DNA of 64,000 bases, from assembly GCF_006345805.1 (NCBI RefSeq), contig NC_043008.1, positions 51,336,001 to 51,400,000 on the forward strand, written 5' to 3'. The translations under genes and the position numbers were made by a program. Position 1 is the first letter of the stretch; every line of letters begins with the position of its first letter. This DNA is from Octopus sinensis. Lineage: Eukaryota. Positions 25,988-38,562 of this stretch are shown here, piece by piece. The notes below the pieces were generated by a model that was not told the DNA's origin, did no database searches, and saw only the letters and a list, made by a program, of their open reading frames with translations.

Positions 25988-26034
<47 letters not shown>

Positions 26035-26233
26035 ATATACAACTTATAAAAAAGGGCAAACGAAAAGAGTTTCTAATGCCAAATACGCCAAATTAGACAC
26101 ATTGTCCAGAACCATAAATTTTTCACAATACGCACGCTACTCGAAAAAAGGTCGACAGAAATTTCTAAAAAATTCTATTTCTACCATATCGGACCGATTT
26201 CAGGGTTAGTTCATAAGAAATTTTATCCTACAT

Positions 26234-26270
<37 letters not shown>

Positions 26271-26297
26271 GAGAAGACTAGTGTGTGGTGTGTGTTG

Positions 26298-26335
<38 letters not shown>

Positions 26336-26711
26336 GGAAGCACTCCGTCGGTTACGACGATGAGGGTTCCGGTTGATCCGATCAACGGAACAGCCTGCTC
26401 GTAAAATTAACGTGTAAGTGGCTGAGCACTCCACAGACACGTGTACCCTTAACGCAGTTCTCGGGGATATTCAGTATGACACAGAGAGTGACAAGGCCGG
26501 CCCTTTGAAATACAGGTACAACAGAAACAGGAAGTAAGAGTAAGTTGTGGTGAAAGAGTACAGCAGGGATCACCACCATCCCTGCCGGGGCCTCGTGGAG
26601 CTTTAGGTGTTTTCGCTCAATAAACACTCACAACGCCCGGTCTGGGAATCGAAACCGCGATCCTACGACCGCCAGTCCGCTGCCCTAACCACTGGGCCAT
26701 TGCGCCTCCAC
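26336..26711 (-). mobile_element. SINE family C, full length, poly(A)-like tail
   Basis: Minus strand head gtggaggcgcaatggcccagtggttagggcagcgg...gtttcgattcccagacc (A and B boxes); T-run at 26320-26335. Confidence 0.9.
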
Positions 26712-26745
<34 letters not shown>

Positions 26746-27150
26746 AGTCTTCTCCACTATGCAGAATGCTTCGTCGATGAGGCCGAATCATACTGAAGCA
26801 TTTTTTTAATTTTCACCTGTTGGCTTTAAAAAGTAGTTTCACTCCAATCGACATTGCCTACAGATCACTATTGCCGAATTATATTTGGAGTTGACTCTCT
26901 CGATTTGTGTTCTACAATCCTTGGGAGGGAGTTTTTGTCTACTGATTACTCTGGTAATCACAATTACTGAGGTATTTCAAGTTATTATATTTCGTTCTCT
27001 TGGACCCTATAAGTTGGTGAGATGTTAAGCAACAGAATCGAAATTAGCACATCCCGAATTTTTTAAATGAACTTTTAAATTTTATTTCTATTTCATCTAT
27101 GTCTTTCTTTGTGTGTGTGTAACGATGTATATCTCTTTTTTTTTTTTTTT

Positions 27151-27539
27151 ACTCTTTTTACTTGTTTCAGTCATTTGACTGCGGCCATGCTGGAGCACCG
27201 CCTTTAGTCGAGCAAATCGACCCCGGGACTTATTCTTTGTAAGCCCAGTACTTATTCTATCGGTCTCTTTTGCCGAACCGCTAAGTGACGGGGACGTAAA
27301 CACACCAGCATCGGTTGTCAAGCAATGCTAGGGGAACAAACACAGACACACACACTTATATATATATACATATATACGACGGGCTTCTTTCAGTTTCCGT
27401 CTACCAAATCCACTCACAAGGCATTGGTCGGCCCGGGGCTATAGCAGAAGACACTTGCCCAAGATGCCACGCAGTGGGACTGAACCCGGAACCATGTGGT
27501 TAGTTAGCAAGCTACTTACCAAACAGCCACTCCTGCGCC
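27151..27539 (-). mobile_element. SINE family A, little diverged
   Basis: Near-identical to 5174-5570 and 59194-59640. Confidence 0.92.
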
Positions 27540-28264
27540 TATATGTAATTGATATTGGTATAATTGTAGTTTGTATGAAGTCTGGTGGAGCCAGAGTGTG
27601 AAGAAGATACGTTGCGTAAGTCTGTAAGTTACGTAACTCGTAATTTCAGAATGCTTGCAATAAATTGACAAAATAGATGGTTCATACTTATCATAACTTT
27701 AATTCAACCGTTACGGAGTTCACCACAACTGCGACGAATCGGATTAAATACGATATGCTAGGCTGTTACAGATTCTTTTGTCGTTGTAATTGGAGAAACC
27801 TTACTGTTAAGTTAATGTGTAACAGAGCAGACATAAAGACTCACAAAGTTTGCCTTCGATGATGAGTCTGGTGTATAAGAAATAGAAAGCGGGCAATGTT
27901 ATCTATCTGAAAGTTGCTGAGCGAAGAGAGAACTCGTGTCTAGATGGCTCGGAATTAGAACTACATCACTAAACAATGATACTGAATGATTTTACTTAGA
28001 CTCAACTAAGTTTAACCTTAAGACGATGGCGAATTCAGCTGAGGAACCATAGTTCGGGAATAAAATTGGGTTTGCGGAAACAGCATGAAAAATGGCGTCG
28101 AGTGGATTGTACCAAGAATTCAAAAGGTACGAATTTAATCATACACCGCGACACACTGGTTCTGGTTGAGAATTATGTTAAGGGTACACGTGCCTCACGA
28201 ATACTCATTCACCTATGTGATAATTGAGGGGCAGGTAATTCAATTAGTCAAACACCTGAATGGT

Positions 28265-28630
28265 CATTATCGGTGGCGCCTTGGGTAAGTGTCTTGTACA
28301 ATTGCCTCGCGCTGATCAAAGCCTTGAGAGTGGATTTGGTAGACAGAAGACCGAAACAAACACGTCGTGTGTGTGTGCGTGTCTGTGTGTATGTATGCTA
28401 TGTATGTGTGCGTGTCTGTCTATATTTTTGTGTTGGCCCTCCACCACTGCTTGACAACTGGTGTAGGTTTGTTTACGTCCCAGTAACGTAGCGGTTCAGT
28501 AAATAGAAGGACTATAGAATAAGTGATAGGCTTAAAAAGACGTTAGGTACCAAGATCGTTTGTTCGGTTAAATTCTTATGGCGGCGATCCAGCATGGCCG
28601 CAATACAGTGACTGATACAAGTAAAACACT
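28265..28630 (+). mobile_element. SINE family A, degraded
   Basis: Middle and tail motifs present. Confidence 0.75.
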
Positions 28631-28660
28631 GATACAAATAAAAGACACACACACGCACAC

Positions 28661-28706
<46 letters not shown>

Positions 28707-28784
28707 GCGCGCGCGCACACACAAATACACATACAAAACATGATGAGGCGTGCGTTTGCGTGTGTGCCTTATATAATCCTTTCC

Positions 28785-29305
28785 ACTAAAGACACAAGGC
28801 CTGCAATTTGGTGGAGGTGGGATAAGTCGATTACATTGACCAAGTGTTTCACTGGTATTTAATTTATCGACCCCGAAAGGATAAAAGGCAAAGTCGACTT
28901 CGGCGGAATTTGAACTCAGAACGTAGCGACCGGCGAAATGCCTCTAAGCATTTCGTCCAGCGTGCTAAGGATTCTTTTCTACTCTAGGCACAAGGCCCGA
29001 AATTTTTTGGGGGGAGGGCCAGTCGATTAGATCGACCACAGTATGCAACTCATATTTAATTTATCGATCCCGAAAGGATGAAAGGCAAAGTCGACTTCGG
29101 CGGAATTTGAACTCAGAACATTAAGACAGACGACATACCGCTAAGCATTTCGCCTGGCGTGCTAACATTTCTTATTTCTTTACTGCCCTGAAGGGGCTAC
29201 ACACAGAGGGGACAAGGAAGGACAGACAAACGGATTAAGTCGATTACATCGACTCCAATGCGTAACTGGTACTTATTTAATCGACCCCGAAAGGCTCAGA
29301 ACGTA
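28785..29305 (-). mobile_element. SINE family B, tandem cluster of 3 units
   Basis: atcga(c/t)cccgaaagg...aaaggcaaagtcgacttcggcggaatttgaactcagaac near 28868 and 29063, partial near 29280. Confidence 0.9.
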
Positions 29306-29394
29306 AAGTTTCTTATATATATACACGTGCATAGACATAAAACATACATACATATATACATATGTACGTATATAAACCGAAGTGGATATCTGTG

Positions 29395-29432
29395 TATAGG
29401 TAATAATAATAATAATAATAATAATAAGTAGA

Positions 29433-29464
<32 letters not shown>

Positions 29465-29608
29465 GGAAGAAGAAGTGAGTAGAAGAAGTGGAAGAAGAAG
29501 TGAGAGAGAAGTGGAAAGAAGAGAAGAAGAACAGGATAGAAGAAGTGGAAGAAGAAGTGAGTAGAAGAAGTGGAAGAAGAAGTGAGAAGAAGAAGTGGAG
29601 AAGATGAA
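29395..29608. repeat. (TAA)/(GAA) microsatellite grading into an agaagaagtgg(a/ag) minisatellite
   Basis: Read directly; runs into the assembly gap. Confidence 0.9.
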
Positions 29609-29708
29609 NNNNNNNNNNNNNNNNNNNNNNNNNNNNNNNNNNNNNNNNNNNNNNNNNNNNNNNNNNNNNNNNNNNNNNNNNNNNNNNNNNNNNNNNNNNN
29701 NNNNNNNN
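29609..29708. other. Assembly gap (100 N)
   Basis: N run. Confidence 1.
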
Positions 29709-30904
29709 GGACGATTTATTCACCGCACCCAATATATATGTAGTTTATCAGGTTTTTAGAGTGTATATGGTGCCCCTGCTTCTAAAATATGGTGTCAAAC
29801 TCTTCAAAGTATAATATATAGTGTCTCAGGTTTTAGACTATGATATATGATGTCTCGCTTTTTGAATATAAACATGGCATCAAGTTTGAGAACAAAATAT
29901 ATGGTATCTTAGTATTAGTATAATAAATATCAATTTCAAATTTTGTCACAAGTCCAGCAGTTTTTGGGAAGGGAGTAAGTTGATTACATCGATTCCAGTG
30001 GTCAACTGGTACTTATTTTATCGACCCCAAAATGAGGAAAGGCGGAATCTCGACTGAGAACGTGAAGATGGCCGAAATGCCGGTAAGCATTTTGCCAGAC
30101 ATGCAAGCGATTCTGCAGTTCGCCGCCTAAATATAATAAATATTGCCACTAGATTTTAGAATATAACACAAAATTTTGTTATTAGCGACGGAAGCAGTAT
30201 TAGTTCAAATTCATCACATGCGTATCATACTTAAAGCATATATATTGTTGAAAACCTTCTAAACTGCGGTATTTGTCTCGAGACAGCAACTGATATATTT
30301 CTGTGTTTATTTTTTTACATTATACATCTATTAGAAATGCTTTCTCGAAACGAGTGCCACAGCTTAGAAGGCCTTCAGCTGTATATATGCTTTAAGCATA
30401 ATAAACAGATCGATAACATGCAGTGTCTCAGTCTCGAGATATAATACGTAACGCCAGACTTTTAAAATATGATGTAAAATGTCTCGGTTATAATATATGA
30501 TGAATGATGTCTCAGTTTTAAGATCTAATGCACAATGTTTGAGAAGAAACTGGTGTCTGGATGTTTCGCCGTAAAATCAATTTAGCATGTACTCTAACAA
30601 AATTGACCCCCATAACTCAGCGAAATTAGCCAGTCATAGAGAGGACCACTGATTTAAATACAAGATTAAAACAACACAGCACCAGCGACTGTTATGGAGA
30701 TTTGATCACTCGATCCTGAAGCTCAAATGGTTCAAACATCTTATCTTTGGAGTCATTGTAATTTTTAAACAACTCAGAAACGTCTGCATGGTCCAAAATA
30801 TGAGGTATCGGGTTCGAATTTCCAGGGAGTATCTTTGGCATATGTCTTCTAACATAACCTGAGATCAATCAGAGCCTAATGAATGAAATTAAATAGACGC
30901 ATTA

Positions 30905-31060
30905 TTTCTTCACATGGCTGCTTCATATTATTACTTCACAACACTACTTCACATTACTAATTCACATAACTAGTTCAGATTACTGCAGTACTCAACTGCT
31001 TCACATGACTGCTTCACATTACTGCTCCATATGACCGCTTCACATAACTGCTTCACACAG
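30905..31060. repeat. Degenerate ~13-bp minisatellite (tcacat(a/g)actgct)
   Basis: About 11 diverged units. Confidence 0.75.
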
Positions 31061-31611
31061 CATAATGGCCACGCACCTATTACAAATGTAGGATTTTTTC
31101 TGTGTGAAAAAATACTTTATCACTGAAGAATTGATGTTGTTGTTGGCTTTCTTTCTTGTTCTCTCCACATGCTTCAAGCTATAGGAGACTAGCCAATGAG
31201 GGAAGCCTCTTCCATGTCACATGACTTTCTTAAATTTGGGACAAAACCGCTACCCAGAATATATCCTATCGGTTTTTAAAAGGAACATTGTATAATATAG
31301 TCTGGGTGACGCTAGTTCTTGAAAAGACAGGATGGCTATAGCTGGGATATTTTAGATCAATGGTCGGCTCAGTAACGATTGACCTGGGGTTAAACAGCAA
31401 AATAATAACAGCAATCTACAGAAGCTCAATCTGGACAAATGCATCAGCTTTAGGCTTCTCATTTAAGTTGTATACAATATCTATAATACATACCAATCAA
31501 TTTTATCATATACAAACTTACTTGGAAATCGATGCGTGTCATTCAACTAAAAAATAATATAATATAATATAATATAATATAATATAATATAATATAATAT
31601 AAATAATATTA

Positions 31612-31648
<37 letters not shown>

Positions 31649-31682
31649 TCTCTGAGCGAGTTACAAACAGTAGCTGCACGAC

Positions 31683-31970
31683 ATCGTGAAGTATACTTGT
31701 CACTTAAATGTGGCTAACCCTTAAGGGTCGATGCTACTGTAGTTTGTAGCCCCAGGACACCTCCTCCAGCTGGCTATAGACACACCTACTGTGCCCTATC
31801 AGTATTTGCAAAGTGAAGATAGAAAGGATGGCTTCCCTTTGCAAACACTGATAGGGCACAGAAAGTGTGTCTATAGTTAGCTGGACGAGGTGTCCTCCTG
31901 GGGCTACAAGTTACAGTAGCATCCACCCTTAAGGGTTAGTCACATTTAAGTGGCAAATATACTTCACGAT
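31683..31970. mobile_element. Foldback MITE-like element: ~131-bp inverted arms and 23-bp spacer
   Basis: atcgtgaagtatacttg...ttgcaaag / ctttgcaaa...tatacttcacgat, followed by (AT)n. Confidence 0.8.
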
Positions 31971-32171
31971 ATATATATGTTTAATTTCCAAGGAAAGATC
32001 CGGAGAAATAGTTCCCAGGGTAGCCAAATGTCACATACACACTGTAAGATAAGATAGTAACCACACATAGATGGGTAATAATTCCAAGGAGAATTCGTCG
32101 AAACAATGATATAAATGATTTAAATAACATCTTGTGCGTTTGTCCCCATTTTCCATTTATATGTATGTATG

Positions 32172-32203
<32 letters not shown>

Positions 32204-32206
32204 TGT

Positions 32207-32237
<31 letters not shown>

Positions 32238-32649
32238 CATACATACATAAATGTGTATTTGGAAACTACTAATATCTTTCATTCAAAATATTCATCATTT
32301 CTATATCTGTGTTTTCTGGCTGCTCACGTTCCGTTGACGATATATTTCGCATACTTAGCATACGAAATCCCGACTCAATATCATGATCCGCGTGCTTGGC
32401 TATTCGTGAAACAACTGAAACTGACTCTATTTTTTAATCACAACAACTCTGCATTATGTTTATATTCCGTATGTAACTTGAATGTTTTTCTAGTGATTCC
32501 AAATGGTTTTCTTTTTCATTTTTTTATTTTAATCTAGATACACCCGTTCATGAAGACACTACTTCTACACACCTTTGTTAGGCATTTTCAGCACCACTTT
32601 TCAGTTGCAGTTCAAGCAATATATATATATAATAATATATATATGGTTA

Positions 32650-33220
32650 TCCGTAATAATGAAGGGTGAAATTAATTAATTTGGAAAAATTATCAATTAC
32701 ACCAAGTAGTCTTCGGCATGTAAAAGCCTCATTCGAGGAAAATTTAAGTAATACTAAGCAATAAGGGTTTAGCAACGAGTTGCCTTACCACATACCGAAT
32801 TTAGAAATAGCAGTCAAAGGGTTGGCATGTAAAAGCCTCATTCGAGGAGAATTTAAGTAATACTAAGCAATAAAGGGTTTAGCAACCAATTGCCTTACCA
32901 CATACCGAATTTAGAAATAGCAGTCAAAGGTTATAGCTATTCTTCTACTAAAGGGAGATCTCAGTAAAAACAGCAATTGGAAGGCAGACACAACAGGTAA
33001 GAGAGAATGAATTGACGGCAATCTATCATACAATTTAAGTAAAATTGTATGATAGATTGCCGTCAATTCATTCTCTTACCTGTTTGTGTCTGCCTCCAAT
33101 TGCTGTTTTACTGAGATCTCCCTTTTTAGTAGAAGAAATAGCTATAACTCTTTGACTGCTATTTCTAAATTCGGTATGTGGTAAGGCAATCGTTGTGCTA
33201 AACCCTTTATTGCGTAGTAT
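32650..33220. mobile_element. TA-flanked repeat with a 109-bp tandem duplication and a 360-bp palindrome
   Basis: ggcatgtaaaagcctcattcgagg at 32715 and 32824; arms 32860-33036 and 33042-33220. Confidence 0.85.
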
Positions 33221-33841
33221 ATATATATAATATATATATATAATTATATATATATATCTTGCTTGAACTGTAACGGAAAATGTATATAATAAATATATAT
33301 ACACTCACGCACACATATATACATACATACATACATACATACATATATGTATATATATATATATATATAATATAATATATATATATTATATATATATATA
33401 TAAATATATATATATATAATATATAAATACGCACACGCACACGCGCGCACACACCACTTACACACATAATGTGATAACTGTGAAAATATTTAAGATCCAG
33501 ACTTTCACTTCGGCAGAACTTCTTGCAAGGTCATTGCTAGTAAAGTGCTCAAAGTGTGGTGTAAAAAAGTAGATGTATTAATCAGCTAAAGAATGTTCTT
33601 CTTTAATTCATTAGCTAATTAATAGTGGAGCACTCTACAAATCGGGGGTATGTGTGACAAATAGTTGTGTTACAATCTACGCAGAGTAAATGTAAATAAT
33701 TTTAACAAAGGAATGGAGAAGTAAATTTAATGTTACGTACGTTTCAATGAATAGCTTCATCAGACATTTTCACCTCCATCGGTAATCAACCTGCCGAGAT
33801 TTATATATATATTTACATTCATACATCCATCAAAACACACA

Positions 33842-33907
<66 letters not shown>

Positions 33908-33945
33908 TTACATACATACATACATACATACATCTCTTTACTACC

Positions 33946-34163
33946 CACAAGGAGCTAAACATAGAGGGGACAAATAAAGACAGACAAACAGATTAAGTCG
34001 ATAACATCGACCCCAGTGCGTAACTGGTACTTAATTTATCGACCCCGAAAGGATGAAAGGCAAAGTCGACCTCGGCGGAATTTGAACCCAGAACGTAACG
34101 GCAGATGAAATACGGCTACACATTTCGCCCGACGTGCTAACGTTTCTGCCAGCTCGCCGCCTT
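33946..34163 (-). mobile_element. SINE family B, full length, inside (CATA)n
   Basis: Minus strand head aaggcggcgagctggcagaaacg...gggttcaaattccgcc; tail gtgggtagtaaagag. Confidence 0.9.
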
Positions 34164-34393
34164 AAATACATACATACATACATACATACATACATACATA
34201 CATACATACATACATACATACATACATACATACATGCATGCATGCATACATACATGCACACATGCATATATGAGTAGTTGTCTGGTAAGGAGTTTTACTT
34301 TTTGCTTCTCAACCGCATAGTATCGGATCCAGTTCTGCTGTAGGCACTTTGTGCATGTGTCTTCTATTATAGTTCCAGACCAAATCAGCAGTA

Positions 34394-34516
<123 letters not shown>

Positions 34517-34547
34517 ACATACATACATACATACATACATACATACA

Positions 34548-34689
34548 TCATTCATCATCATTGTTCGATCGTGGTCGAGACAATGGAATTTACCATGCTA
34601 CGCCAGACTTCACGGTGCAACATAGCATTACGGAGGTCCTGTTGCTGGATGCCTGTATCCCTGGAGATTACATCAGGGTAGGAGAGTGT
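34548..34689 (-). mobile_element. RTE-clade LINE 3' end with (TGA)n tail
   Basis: TLSYPDVISRDTGIQQQDLRNAMLHREVWRSMVNSIVSTTIEQ*; same family as 49079-49333. Confidence 0.8.
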
Positions 34690-34867
34690 ACATACGTACA
34701 TACATACATACATGCATACATACATAATACATACATACATACATGCATGCATACATACATACATACATACACACACACATACATACATACATACATACAT
34801 ACATACATACATACATACATACATACATACATGCACACATACATACATACATACATGCACACATACA

Positions 34868-34898
<31 letters not shown>

Positions 34899-35318
34899 CA
34901 TACATACATACATACATACATACATACATACATTTCAAACTACGCAGTACAAACATATACATACGTCCTGAAGCAAGATTAACGTTGGTCTGACACGTGG
35001 CTAGCTCTGACCGATGGAGGATTGTAATAGGTTGTTTTGTTGAGTCTGGTATGAAACCAAACCTGTAATTATTCCTAACTGCAAGGTTAGCTAATTGCAA
35101 GATTTGGGCTTGAGATAAAAGCTTTTGACACTCACCAAGGCAGCTTGTGCCTTGAAAGCAATGTCGTCAGAAAAATGAAAAGCCGACAACAGATTTGAAT
35201 CCAAAGCGTGCGAGCATGTAATCTTATCCCTTACGATGCAGGCTTCACTAAATCTCTGTTTGATATTGATAAAAAAACAAAGCAGCTAACAATTAGGTTG
35301 AATGTAACAGTAATCTTC

Positions 35319-35377
<59 letters not shown>

Positions 35378-35389
35378 TAATAATAATAA

Positions 35390-35420
<31 letters not shown>

Positions 35421-35472
35421 AAATAATAATAGAAAAATAATAGTAATAATAATAATAATAATAATAATTATA

Positions 35473-36010
35473 AATGCCTGATGCAGTACCAGGCATTGGT
35501 TCTCATGGCTTCTGATCTAACTGATTGGAAGTGTATCATGTACATTGTTTTGTCTTGGTATAAAAGATGAGCACAGCAAATATTCTGCTGAATACCACAG
35601 ATTTGCTGTCATTGTTTGACCTTACCAGTTGACCATGTCCCTTAGTGGCGACGATATGTTGCATCTCTGATACGAGCAGAAGTAGTGGGGGGAGTACATA
35701 GCCATGGTTGAGAGGGATTCTTTGGGTTTGATAATTCACCTCTGGAAACATGGGTGGTTCTTTCAACATCCTTAAACAACCCTTATTCAGGGACTTTTGT
35801 GCGCTGGATGGGCTACTCAACCTGAAGAAAACTAACTGGGCTCCACTGCAGGTCATGTGAGTTTATCTTGATATGAGATCACATGTCGCGCACATATAGT
35901 TGTGATGAATGTGCCTGGTGTATCCCTTATCAGGCGCGTAGTCATGATGGGTTATTGGGCTTCGTATATTTACCACAGTGTCACTTTGATGTATGAACTG
36001 CTCTTCACTC
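35473..36010 (+). mobile_element. ~540-bp TAA-embedded element, copy 1
   Basis: tgcctgatgcagtacc...cttcactc, with (AAT)n on both sides. Confidence 0.85.
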
Positions 36011-36024
36011 AATAATAATAATAA

Positions 36025-36564
36025 AGCCCTGGTGCAGTACCAGGCAGTGGTTCTATGACTTCTGATTTTAACTGATTGAAGTGTTATCATGTACATTGTT
36101 TGTTTGGTATAAAGTGGGATACAGCAAATATTCTGCTGAATACCACAGATTTGCTTGTCGTTGTTTGACCTAACAGTTGACCATGTCCTTAGTGGCTGAC
36201 GATATGTGCATCTCTGATCACGAGCAGAAGTAGTGGGGAGTATCTAGCCATGTGTTGAGAGGGATTCTTTGGGGTTTGACTAATTCACCTCTGGAAACAT
36301 GGGTGTTCGTTCAACATCCTTAAAAACTCTTACTCAGGGGACCTTTGAGCAGGATGGGTACTCGAGCAGAAGAACATTCTAACTGGGCCCCACCTACAAG
36401 GTCATGTGCTGTTTATCTTGATATGAGATCACCATGTCGCGCAGTTATGGTTGTGATGCATGTGCCTGGTGTACCGTTATCAGACGGGTAGTCATGATGG
36501 GTATACTGGGCTTCGTATATTTTACCCCAGTGTCACTTTGATGGCATGCACTGCTCTCTCACTC
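36025..36564 (+). mobile_element. ~540-bp TAA-embedded element, copy 2 (head-to-tail with copy 1)
   Basis: Separated from copy 1 by about 4 AAT units and followed by a long (AAT)n. Confidence 0.85.
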
Positions 36565-36635
<71 letters not shown>

Positions 36636-36744
36636 AAATGATAATCCTTTCTACTGGAGGCACAAGGTCTCAGATTTGTGGTGAGAGGACTAGTTGATTA
36701 CATCGACCCCAGTGTTTCACTGGTACTTATTATTATTATTAGAT

Positions 36745-37297
36745 CTCTAGTGGAACCCGGTGTGTACAATGCTCAAGGATAGTGACCTTCTTGCATGCTA
36801 AGAGAACTGGATGAGGACCACACTAAATGTTATTCTCCAAGTAAAGCCTCACCACCCGGAAAGGATCCCAGATCTTACCTCTTACCGAATGGGGCAGAAG
36901 TGAAAGCAATTGTGGGGGACAGACAACTGAGATGCCAAGTCTGTGGAACGACTGACCGTCTCCGCTTTTTCTGCCCACGCGAACAAAACAGGTAAGGGGA
37001 AAGGGGGGGGGTCTCCACTTCTGCCGATACCTATTTCTTTACTACCCACAAGGGGCTAAACACAGAGGGGACAAACAAGGACAGACAAAGGGATTAAGTC
37101 GATTATATCGGCCCCAGTGCGTAACTGGTACTTAATTTATCGACCCCGAAAGGATGAAAGGCAAAGTCGACTTCGGCGGAATTCGAACTCAGAACGTAAC
37201 GGCAGACGAAATACGGCTACGCATTTCGCCCGGCGTGCTAACGTTTCTGCCAGCTCGCCTGCCGATACCATCGCTGCCACAACAGCAGCATCAGCAT

Positions 37298-37333
<36 letters not shown>

Positions 37334-37400
37334 AACCACCACCAACAACAGGAACAAGAACAGCACAGCTATCACTCACTCGATCACTAACTAGTTCACC
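36745..37400 (+). pseudogene. Tx1-like ORF1 (gag-like) fragment interrupted by SINE B
   Basis: ENWMRTTLNVILQVKPHHPERIPD / LPNGAEVKAIVGDRQLRCQVCGTTDRLRFFCP (CX2CX4[H>R]X4C knuckle); Ala/Thr-rich continuation after the SINE. Confidence 0.6.
37032..37258 (-). mobile_element. SINE family B, full length, with 11-bp TSD
   Basis: ctgccgatacc at 37021-37031 and 37259-37269. Confidence 0.92.
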
Positions 37401-37699
37401 CTCTACTCTAGAATTCTTTGTCGTTATTTGCTTACTAAACCTTTTCGGTTCTAATCTAATTGTTCTTTTCAGAGCTGACAATCATCGGGCGTTGCTCCCA
37501 TCAACTCACTCTCAATTAGTTCTCTGACCTTACAGTTCTATATTTAAGAGATGAGGAATTATGTACATCATTTAAATTATTTATATTTGATGGAATTAGT
37601 TAAGCCACCGTCAACAACAAATGGTGGTTTGCTCTGAAAAGGGGAATTAAAATAGAATCCATTAGGTTTAGTGAAGCATTAGCGATAGAACGAAATAAA

Positions 37700-37925
37700 A
37701 TAGAGGGAAACAGTCAGAAACTTAGAAGAGTCGCTGAGGGAAGTCATCCCAAGCCTCATGCTCACGATGAGATTGGCCTTGGGCCAATTCAACCCTATCC
37801 ACGAGGGATGCATTGTTAGTGCTAAGGTGCGTTCTCTAAGAAATGAGGGGACAAAACCTGCTCGATGGGCCTGAATGACAGAAACGTAACGTGACAACAA
37901 AGCAACAATTCAGTCTTTCGTGCAT
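37700..37925 (+). pseudogene. Tx1/L1-like ORF2 linker fragment
   Basis: RNLEESLREVIPSLMLTMRLALGQFNPIHEGCIVSAKVRSLRNEGTKPARWA*; resembles the EG..vRa+ segment after the endonuclease. Confidence 0.5.
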
Positions 37926-38249
37926 CAAAATGAACAACTCCAGGAAATCTGCCTCTTTTGAGGAATTTTTCGTTGTTATTGTTTTCACTGATGATACGCT
38001 TCTAATTATCTACCCCCACATTGTATTGTCCTGTGCCATAGCCAATACTTTTGGGAAACCTTAGTGGTGAATGGCGCGAGTTGGCATAATCGTTAGCACG
38101 CCGGGCCAAATGCTTAGCGGTATTTCGCCCGTCGCTATGCCTTTAATCCTTACGGGGTCAATAAAATAAGTACCAGTTGAACACGAGAACCGATATAATC
38201 GACTAGTCCCCTTCCCCAAATTTCAGGTATTGTGCCTATAGTAGAAAGG

Positions 38250-38291
<42 letters not shown>

Positions 38292-38562
38292 ATTCTCTTC
38301 TTCTTCTTCTTCTTCTTCTTCTTCTTCTTCTTCTTCTTCTTCTTCTTCTTGTTCTTCTTCTTCTTCTTGTTCTTCTTCTTCTTCTGTCTTCTTCTTCTTC
38401 TTGTTCTTCTTGTCTTCTTGTTCTTCTTCTTCTTCTTCTTGTTCTTGTTCTTGTTCTTCTCTTCTTCTTGTTCTTCTTCTTTCTTCTTCTTCTTCTTCTT
38501 CTTCTTTATTATTATTATTATTATTATTATTATTTTATTATTATATTATCATTATTATTATT

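Noticed and set aside
26640-26711. tRNA gene
   Set aside because: tRNA-like head continues into a SINE body and tail seen in several copies
30690-30780. Short open minus-strand frame after a cag acceptor (VSELFKNYNDSKDKMFEPFELQDR)
   Set aside because: About 30 codons, weak donor, no homology; expected by chance
35473-35545. HDV-like ribozyme at the 5' end of the 540-bp element
   Set aside because: A P3/L3-like ggc-tctcatg-gct exists in some copies, but P1, P1.1 and P4 could not be formed
35320-36640. CRISPR-like or regularly spaced repeat array
   Set aside because: Eukaryotic context; repeats are microsatellites and retroelement copies, with no constant repeat plus unique spacers and no cas genes
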